DNA of 64,000 nucleotides from Giardia intestinalis (Eukaryota): NCBI GenBank assembly GCA_000002435.2, contig CM018789.1; one strand, 5' to 3'. Shown piece by piece: positions 59,175 to 64,000 of this stretch (position 1 is its first letter; each line of letters starts with the position of its first letter). The notes under the pieces were generated by a model. It saw only the letters and a program-made list of their open reading frames with translations, ran no database searches and was not told where the DNA came from. The position numbers and the translations under genes were made by a program.

Positions 59175-59549
59175 CTAGTGCAGCTTTGCTCTTTGAATCT
59201 CTGCCAGCTGTGTCTGGAGCTGCGCAATTTCGCGATCCTTTCGATGAAGAGCGTTCTGGAGAGAAGTTACTTCCTTTATTCTTCGAGACTCTGAGGCAAT
59301 AAGCTCTGCTTGAAGATTGACGACTCTCTGACTATCACTTACCCCTTGGCGGAGCTCGACGACTTCCCTCATAAGGGTCTTTATCGTCTCCTCGTACGTC
59401 GAGATGACTTCCTTGGCATCTTGGACCTCCTGGCGCAGCCTTCCTACGTCGTCCTTCTCCTCCATCAGAGCCTCCAGCATCTCCCGGAGATAGACTACCT
59501 CGCTAAGGAGGCAGCGCTCCCTTCTGCTTATGTCCTGGGAGGCATTCAT
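59175..59549 (-). CDS. small coiled-coil protein (124 aa)
   Basis: The track start at 59615 is GTG; first ATG is 59549, 23 bp downstream of the dynein stop on the same strand. Confidence 0.4.
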   Translation of the reverse strand: MNASQDISRRERCLLSEVVYLREMLEALMEEKDDVGRLRQEVQDAKEVISTYEETIKTLMREVVELRQGVSDSQRVVNLQAELIASESRRIKEVTSLQNALHRKDREIAQLQTQLAEIQRAKLH

Positions 59550-59572
59550 GCAGGCGCAGCGCTCAAAAACGT

Positions 59573-62500
59573 TTACTGAATATTGCAAAGAAGAGCAGTG
59601 CCGCGAAGGACCCACTTGTTTGGATTTGCGTCTGTGGGAAGCTTTATTGTGAAAATATAGTTGAGGCCTGTACGCGCTGGAGTCTTATAGAGTGGGCAGT
59701 CATACATCTTCGTAGGGTACGTGTAGACGTCGTTCGTGGCGTCAAGGTGAAGCAGCGGTAGCGGGACGAACAAAACTTTCGGAGGTTGGTCTATCAGGCG
59801 ATTGTTTTTCTTGTCCCAGGCAGCCGCATCCAGGAAAAGCCCGTGGATGTAAACACCCTCCTCCGGTGGTTGATTAACCTGACCCTTCTCCGAAAACTTG
59901 GAAACATTGGTCCTCGGATAGACACGGTCGAGCGCCCACCCCGTATGCATGCGAGTGATCTCTTGCTTAACAGAAGTCAGGAATCCTTGCGGATTGAAGT
60001 AACCAGAAAGCCAATAGGAGTTGGGTCTTCCTTTTGTAAGCCAGTCCGTGAACTGTGTGCAACGGTTTGTGACGTCAGAGAGCCAAAATCCGAGCGTGGA
60101 AGCGGGCCACGAGACGTTCAGCCAGCGGCTGGGCACGCGGGCATCGTAGAGAGAATCAAGAGAGTCTTGGAGGGCCTCATTCATGATGATTGTGCCTGCT
60201 ATTGCCAGCTGGAGATCCGCAAGGGTTGTGCGGATAAGGGAAAGAACGACCTGCATCCGATCGATCTCCTGGCCCAGGAAGACGTTCAGAGGCTTGGCCT
60301 TTCCACCCTGCTTCTGAATCTGCTGCTTGACGGTAACCTTGGTGTCATAGTCAGGTGGGAGCTTAGTGAGCATGTCCCTTGCAAGCTTAAGCACTTGCTC
60401 TTCGCGTGTCAGGACCACCTGCTGCTTCCCGTCCTTGCTGCCTCCTCCACCGCCACTGTCCTTAGGCTGCATATTGACAATGGTCGAGAGGATTTCCCCT
60501 GCCTGCTTATTACGAAACAGAATATCAGCATTAGAATGGAGCCCGTAGATCTGAGGTTTGTCGACAAATGGAAGGCCATCAATGTATGTACGGGCCTCCG
60601 TAATGTTGTTGTGCTTTGGAATGTGATAGCCTCTACTGAACTCAAACTCTGGAGTCAGCGATCGTGCAGACAGCCATTCTTCGCAGTACGTCTTGAGAAG
60701 CCTCCTATCGAAATCATCAGTAACGCGACCCCCGTAGTGAACCTCAGCAATCATGTATCTGATCGTGCTGTACGAGATGAGCGACCCCTTCTGTGCAGCG
60801 CCTTTAACAACGGAATCCAGCCCATAGAGGTAGTTCTGGAGGAACTGGACAGAGGCTGTGAAATCTGGCAGGCTAAACTCATAGGGGATACACCAGCCCA
60901 GGCTTCCAAACTTCTTCCTTTCAATGAGGGTGGTATGGATGAACGCAATGCAGTACACAAGCGGAAGCCACTGTGGCTTGTCACACGTCTCAAGGTAGTC
61001 CTGTGTTAGCGTCTGGTAAGTACGCTTAAGAGAGGCACGGCACCCAGAGGCGGGATCGTTCGTCAGCTTAAGTGTCTTCTGTAAGAGACCAATCGGGAAC
61101 TGTGGATGCGGATCTGTGGTAAGGATGAGACGGAAGTTTGCATGAGGTAGTTGTCCCTTGCCGAGCATGCTGAAAATTCCACCGGTACCTTGATTCTCTG
61201 CAGAGTCGCCTCCCTTATCGGCACCGGCTTCAATTACAGCGTCACCAGCACCATCGTCTTTGCCAGAGCTCTCTGTGACGCTGGCCATCTTCTCTGTGAG
61301 ATCCATAATCATCAGCTCGATCTCAGACATAAACTTCAGCCCAAGATGGGAGTTGCTGATCATAACCCACGTGCCATTTGCGACACCCTCTATAATCAGA
61401 CGGCGCGCCTGAGGTTCTTGTCCCTGTCCCATAGAGATGAAACGCATCTCAATCTTGAGCTTCTTGGCGACAGCCTCTATCTGGGACGTTGGGTCCGAAC
61501 CCAAGGATAGGAGGAAAGTGATAGGAACTTGTTGCTTTGCCTCGTTCATGAAGATGTCCTCGAAGTTGACCGGGACAGGCTCTGCAAACTCTGCTCCAAG
61601 GGAGTGAATGATGTACTCGTTGACTGCAAGCATTGTACGGTCTTCACGGAGACACCTGACAAGGAGAAGCTTCTGGAAAACGGATATGCGCCCGTTGTAC
61701 TCGGGAGGCAGATCGATATTCTCCGGGGCCTCCGAGTCGTACCACTGGCGCCATGCGTGCTCATTTTCGGCGATTTGATTTGGCAGCGAAGTGAAGATGT
61801 TCAAAGCACTGAGAGCGATTATGTTTAACCACGCCTTGTCTGGTATCCAAGCAGCTGGTTTGGCGCGAACGTTGCTGAGATCCAATGCCGCACCTCCGCG
61901 GATGAAGGTGCCGAACTCAAGCTGAGACACATTTCCAGCCTTAAGATCAATTTTGAGGCAAAGCTGGAGGATGAAGAGCAGCTTGTCACGCTCATAGAGC
62001 CCACGAGCGATGTACCTGAAGATCTTGATGGTCATATTCTGTATCACATTTGCAATCCGCTTCGTCGTGATCGGAGACGGCTCGGCATCGTATATAGACT
62101 GGTCGAAAAGCTCAAGAAACTGCTTAAGTGACGTCTGATACATAGAGTTAACCGTCGACATCTCGGTAACAAGGAAGTAGATGATTGACCCGCGGGTGGC
62201 AACGACCATGAACTCCTCTCGAGCCTCGTTGATCTTGCGCTCTGTCTCGACGGCTGATGCAAGCTTCTCCTTGACGCCCTCAGTTGTCTCCTTCGTCTTG
62301 TTCAGCACATCGACCAGCTCCACATCATCGAGGAGGTTTCCTTGGGTAGCGGAAAGCCTGCTGAGCAGGTCCTCCTCTAGCTTGGCCATCTGCTTCTTAT
62401 TGGCATTGACCTCCTCAAGCAGCTCGCGGCGTTGGTCCTCGAGCTCCTTCCTCTCTATGTTAACTGTTCTAGCAAGAAGCTGCGCCTCCAGGCCAGAGAA

Positions 62501-64000
62501 TGTGACGGAAAAGTCTATGACTGACGTCTTAGCGTACGTTTCGGGGAGGTAGCGCGGGTTCGGGAGCTTGGACGTGATGAAGAGCTTAAAGCCATCGCAC
62601 ACTTCGCACTCCTTGTCGCCTAACTTGACTTTGAGAGACTTCCCTGTCTTGACGAACTGCTTTTCGAGGATAGGATCCAGCAGCGGGTCCAGCTCCTCCT
62701 CGACGTCTTCGATAAGTAGCGGCTGGCCCATGTTAAGCGCGTCCTCAACCATTTGGCGGAAGTATTTGTTGCTAAAGGTGGTTACCTTAAGGTCAGAGTA
62801 CATATTCTTGATCCACGCCGCAGCCTGTGTCTGGGGATCGATCATCAGCGGGTAGCGCGTGCTTGTGGTAACTATAATGCCATTCTCCGTCGAGAGCTGG
62901 TCAGTGGGAAGGCCCTGGAGACGCCACTCGCCGACTGTGGCTTCGGAGACCAGGAAATTGTGTATCTCGTTCTCAATCCCGCGTGTGAAGGGCAGCCTTC
63001 TCTCTTCCAGGTCCTTGAGCCAGATCTGCGTGACGAGGAACTGACGATACTCTTGGTTGAACGGACCTGCGTATGACAGAAATGCCGAAGAGAGGGACGC
63101 GTCACCCACTAGCCGGACAGCAGCATCGTCAAGCTCTCGTGCCTGCTGAGACCACCGTTTTCGCTCTCCTGACAGTCCATTGATAAGGGCTGATGCAGCG
63201 TGCAGGCGCCGCCCGGTCAAATCTGCCTCGTCTTGCAGGCGCTTCTTCTCATTGACTGCCTCATCATACTGCTCTTGAAGCTTGTTGAGCGCAGCCTGCT
63301 TCTCCGCAAGATCCTCCTTCGCAGATGTCAGTGAGGCCATGGCAGCCTTGAAGTTAGACTCTGCTTCTCGCACAGCGGCGCGCTTGGGCTCAACCTCGAG
63401 CGCGATGAAGTGGTACTCGTACATGGCCTGCGACCACTGCAGCAACCCAGCAGCGTTCCCAGACGACTTTCGAGCAGCCTCGATATTGAAATCGGACATC
63501 TCAAGGTACGCCTCTAAGAGCTCGCAGGTCTCGTCCGTGATTCCGTCGCGCTCAAACTCCAGCAAGCTGCGCAGGAATCCGGCTTGGTTCATGAGTAGCA
63601 AGGAGTTCTTCCAGCTGGGCTTCAAGATCTTCTTGTCTATGGGAAACTCTGGATCAGGGGTCACGCGATCAAGAGGCATGTTCATGAGCAACAGGACAGT
63701 ATCCATAATTCTCTGGATGAGATGGGGAGGCTTCGCAAGCTTCTTGAGCGTGTTAATATCGTTAGGCTCAATTGCCTCGAGAGCCTTTTCAGCCTTCTCT
63801 AGTGCTGGCAGAGCCTTCGCCAGACCCTCCTCGGCCTCGGCTTTTTGCTTTGCAATCTCGTCTGCCTGGACGGCGAGCTCGTCGGCAACTGTCTGGACCT
63901 CTTTCTTCGTCTTTTCGGCCTCTGCAGTTGAGACTGAGATGACCTTCATCATCTCGTTTGCCTTCGTCTGAGCCACCGCAAGGTCCTTCTCTTTGGCCTC
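59573..64000 (-). CDS. dynein heavy chain, C-terminal ~1470 aa (partial; N-terminus beyond window end)
   Basis: Dynein HC C-terminal region: AAA5/AAA6 lid-like and C-terminal domain motifs such as LTNDPASGCRASLKRTY (like the conserved KITNEPPKGLKANL). The ORF is open to the window edge; the 63976 'start' is a GTG. Confidence 0.8.
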   Translation of the reverse strand, partial: EAKEKDLAVAQTKANEMMKVISVSTAEAEKTKKEVQTVADELAVQADEIAKQKAEAEEGLAKALPALEKAEKALEAIEPNDINTLKKLAKPPHLIQRIMDTVLLLMNMPLDRVTPDPEFPIDKKILKPSWKNSLLLMNQAGFLRSLLEFERDGITDETCELLEAYLEMSDFNIEAARKSSGNAAGLLQWSQAMYEYHFIALEVEPKRAAVREAESNFKAAMASLTSAKEDLAEKQAALNKLQEQYDEAVNEKKRLQDEADLTGRRLHAASALINGLSGERKRWSQQARELDDAAVRLVGDASLSSAFLSYAGPFNQEYRQFLVTQIWLKDLEERRLPFTRGIENEIHNFLVSEATVGEWRLQGLPTDQLSTENGIIVTTSTRYPLMIDPQTQAAAWIKNMYSDLKVTTFSNKYFRQMVEDALNMGQPLLIEDVEEELDPLLDPILEKQFVKTGKSLKVKLGDKECEVCDGFKLFITSKLPNPRYLPETYAKTSVIDFSVTFSGLEAQLLARTVNIERKELEDQRRELLEEVNANKKQMAKLEEDLLSRLSATQGNLLDDVELVDVLNKTKETTEGVKEKLASAVETERKINEAREEFMVVATRGSIIYFLVTEMSTVNSMYQTSLKQFLELFDQSIYDAEPSPITTKRIANVIQNMTIKIFRYIARGLYERDKLLFILQLCLKIDLKAGNVSQLEFGTFIRGGAALDLSNVRAKPAAWIPDKAWLNIIALSALNIFTSLPNQIAENEHAWRQWYDSEAPENIDLPPEYNGRISVFQKLLLVRCLREDRTMLAVNEYIIHSLGAEFAEPVPVNFEDIFMNEAKQQVPITFLLSLGSDPTSQIEAVAKKLKIEMRFISMGQGQEPQARRLIIEGVANGTWVMISNSHLGLKFMSEIELMIMDLTEKMASVTESSGKDDGAGDAVIEAGADKGGDSAENQGTGGIFSMLGKGQLPHANFRLILTTDPHPQFPIGLLQKTLKLTNDPASGCRASLKRTYQTLTQDYLETCDKPQWLPLVYCIAFIHTTLIERKKFGSLGWCIPYEFSLPDFTASVQFLQNYLYGLDSVVKGAAQKGSLISYSTIRYMIAEVHYGGRVTDDFDRRLLKTYCEEWLSARSLTPEFEFSRGYHIPKHNNITEARTYIDGLPFVDKPQIYGLHSNADILFRNKQAGEILSTIVNMQPKDSGGGGGSKDGKQQVVLTREEQVLKLARDMLTKLPPDYDTKVTVKQQIQKQGGKAKPLNVFLGQEIDRMQVVLSLIRTTLADLQLAIAGTIIMNEALQDSLDSLYDARVPSRWLNVSWPASTLGFWLSDVTNRCTQFTDWLTKGRPNSYWLSGYFNPQGFLTSVKQEITRMHTGWALDRVYPRTNVSKFSEKGQVNQPPEEGVYIHGLFLDAAAWDKKNNRLIDQPPKVLFVPLPLLHLDATNDVYTYPTKMYDCPLYKTPARTGLNYIFTIKLPTDANPNKWVLRGTALLCNIQ

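Noticed and set aside
1-64000. Prokaryotic reading (operons, CRISPR arrays, toxin-antitoxin or defence islands)
   Set aside because: Gene content is unmistakably eukaryotic and Giardia-specific (dynein, IFT70, VSP CRGKA tail, nucleolar factors). No direct-repeat/spacer arrays are present. The GTG/TTG starts in the ORF track are artefacts of a bacterial start-codon table.

Overview
This 64-kb window is gene-dense protist DNA that is almost certainly from Giardia intestinalis (lamblia). The organism call rests on several Giardia-specific signals seen directly in the sequence. One ORF ends in the VSP membrane anchor plus CRGKA cytoplasmic tail. Ankyrin repeats follow the Giardia 'protein 21.1' pattern (TALMxAAxxGH). 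Divergent gene pairs are separated by only 10-45 bp of A/T-only sequence. AGTRAAY polyadenylation signals sit at or just after stop codons. A degenerate R2/Genie-type non-LTR retrotransposon is present. About 36 protein-coding genes on both strands fill almost the whole window, with no RNA genes, CRISPR arrays or prokaryotic operon structure. Recognisable genes, left to right, are: a large Sec7-domain ARF-GEF on the minus strand (runs off the left edge and is missing from the ORF track); a TM2-domain protein; Nop56/58; a TBC Rab-GAP; a GRP94-like ER Hsp90 with signal peptide and KDEL; an ankyrin protein; a nucleolar FKBP (Fpr3/4-like); KRI1-like; a CMS1-like degenerate DEAD-box protein; Pus10; an SNF2 ATPase; IFT70/TTC30; and the C-terminal ~1470 aa of a dynein heavy chain that runs off the right edge. 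Many ORF-track start coordinates are GTG/TTG starts; I re-anchored those to the first ATG, since Giardia uses ATG. Two GC-rich islands (~60%+ GC against a ~48% background) stand out. Island 1 (~20.1-22.7 kb) holds a hypothetical gene interrupted by a single in-frame TGA and a 148-aa mini-VSP. Island 2 (~46.6-52.8 kb) is a ~6.2-kb structure: a near-perfect ~1.67-kb inverted repeat, each arm carrying an identical 147-aa ankyrin mini-gene, flanking a ~2.8-kb core that encodes a frameshifted reverse transcriptase plus a restriction-like endonuclease. That is a dead R2/Genie/GilD-like retrotransposon sitting in a palindrome, and it is the most unusual thing in the window.
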